The notes below the pieces were generated by a model, which searched no databases, was not told the DNA's origin, and was given only the letters and a program-made list of their open reading frames with translations. The position numbers and the translations under genes are program-made. DNA of 64,000 nt from Squalus acanthias (Eukaryota), in contig CM059425.1 of the NCBI GenBank assembly GCA_030390025.1, positions 165,728,001 through 165,792,000 of the forward strand, written 5' to 3'. Shown piece after piece: positions 62,321-64,000 of the stretch. The first letter of the stretch is position 1, and every line of letters starts with the position of its first letter.

Positions 62321-63084
62321 CTCACAAACAATACCACAAAACACAAAGGCTGCATGAGCCCCTTAAAAGCAGCTGAATCGAGGACGGCAGCAGAGGTGAG
62401 CAGCAGACCCGAACCCACTGATTGGGCCGAGTAACACGCACGGCGGACTTAATAAGCCCAGTTAACTCAAAATCGTTATTGCAGTGCGGTGAAACCGACA
62501 GCGGGACCGGAGCCCGCCAAGCAGCGAACCCGACGCAAACCCGCCTCCGCTGGCAAAATCCAGCCCTGTGTGACACACAATAGCCGCTATTTTATAGTAA
62601 AAGTATATCACCCAGTGATTGTACAATCTGGCCACAGGGTTCCCACAAATTACTCAAAACACTTTCTGAATTTTATTTTCATCTCCCATTTTTTATGTCT
62701 ATAAGAAAGATTTAAATAAATTCAAAATTTTTCACAAAGACATGATTGAATCGATCAATTGAGTTGTCTTTTGTGTCTTTTAATGCTTTCATTAAAGTTT
62801 TTACTTGAAGACATCAACTTCGCCCAAAAGCCTGGGTAAGAATTGATTGTGTGGATTTTAACTCCCGGGAAGAAAGCTCGGGGAGCCTCTGAACTTCCAG
62901 CCTGGGTGTCTTCATGGGAAACCTGGCCGATTTTAACAGAGGCTGCCCACTGACACTCAAGTAAGTCCTGGAGTGGGGGGGCTGTTAGCAAGCTTCCCTG
63001 GATGGGAATGAGGGGTCAGCGCGTTGTGGCAAAGGCCAGACTTTCCTTGTGAAGACCGGAGGAGCACTCTTGCTCATACCAGCC

Positions 63085-63570
63085 AGTAACAAGTGTATCT
63101 GCACTGCACACTCTATCGTCCCAACATCCTTCCTATAGTGGGGAGCCCAAAACTGCACATAGTACTCCAACTGTGGTCTTACTAAGGTTTTATATAGATG
63201 CACCAATACATCTTAACTTTAATATTATATCATTCTTGCCATAAAACCCAATATTTCATTAGTTTTTTTAATGGCTTTATTCGCTTGCGGTGCTGCTTTT
63301 AATGTCTTGTAAACCTGAATCCTCAAATCTCTCTGCTCTTCCACATTTCCTCATTCAAATTATTACTTTTATTATTTTTACCAAAATATACCACCTCACA
63401 TTTACTAACGTTAAATTGCATCTTCCACTTTTTTGCCCATTCCACCATCTTATCAATATCTCCTTGCAACGTCCTTCGAATTATGTACACTGCCTCCTAT
63501 TTTAGAATCATCTTCAAAGTTGGACACCACTCCATCTGGCCCTATATCCAAATAATTTCATCAAAATGTT
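63085..63570 (-). mobile_element. Old CR1 RT fragment
   Basis: LYKTLVRPQLEYYVQFWAPHYRKD plus degraded upstream RT sequence. Confidence 0.8.
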
Positions 63571-64000
63571 TCCCCTCTTTTTTGGAATGGCTCTCCTATA
63601 TACCTCTTTATTGACATTCCAGTTTGTATCCTTACCATTTTAAAACTCCATGCCAAGTAGCAAAATGTCAGCCAATATTTACCAGCTCAAGCAGGAAGAG
63701 GGCAGTTCAGGTAGGGAAACTAGCTGCTGCAACACATGCAGGTGAGAGGGAGCGTGGCTGATCTGGGGAAAAAGCAGAGATAAGGACACAGACCAAATGG
63801 TCTTGTCACTGGTGAATGTGAATGCATCGTACCGGCATATCTGGGAATAGCTGCAATGCGCATGATGAGAAAGAAACTAAGAGTAGGGAGTTGAGGTGGC
63901 AGGGAGCAGGGTGGGGCCTGGGGATGAGAAGGCCAGGTGAGAGACTGGGAGGACTGGAAGACATGAGTCTGAGACTAGGAATGGATATTTGGAGTCGATG

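Larger units (their letters stand above)
56157..62566. mobile_element. Full-span PIF/Harbinger transposon with two nested insertions
   Basis: TIR GGCCGCGATTTTGCCAG / CTGGCAAAATCCAGCCC. TGT TSD. Convergent transposase and Myb-like genes. Confidence 0.93.

Noticed and set aside
1..64000. CRISPR arrays, operons, rRNA or other prokaryotic/viral systems
   Set aside because: No regularly spaced repeat-spacer array, no gene-dense region and no recognisable viral or bacterial protein. The content is vertebrate repeat-rich DNA.

Overview
Vertebrate genomic DNA, most likely a cartilaginous fish (shark). This is inferred from the CR1-dominated LINEs, a SacSINE1/DeuSINE-like SINE and shark-type Penelope and Harbinger repeats. 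I can find no intact host gene. Nearly all long ORFs in the track are transposon remnants or their antisense shadows. The window holds: (i) many CR1 LINE pieces, including a ~9 kb multi-layer nest at 28.3-37.5 kb, plus RTE, L2 and one unassigned LINE clade; (ii) three degraded PIF/Harbinger transposons (DDE transposase plus a convergent Myb/SANT-like gene) and about a dozen MITEs sharing a ~12-bp GG..GRATTT terminal repeat and 3-bp TSDs; (iii) three Penelope-like insertions, each carrying a complete minimal type I hammerhead ribozyme; (iv) AT-rich unique DNA with a 200-bp-arm inverted repeat, possible regulatory motif clusters and a candidate + strand first coding exon. The best leads are the TSD-flanked hairpin-plus-hammerhead mini-elements, the conserved multi-hairpin architecture (with compensatory changes and a loop inversion) across MITE families, a palindromic Harbinger target preference, and the unexplained long inverted repeat. 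All were read by eye. Boundaries of old repeats are approximate, and no database search was possible, so novelty is unproven.
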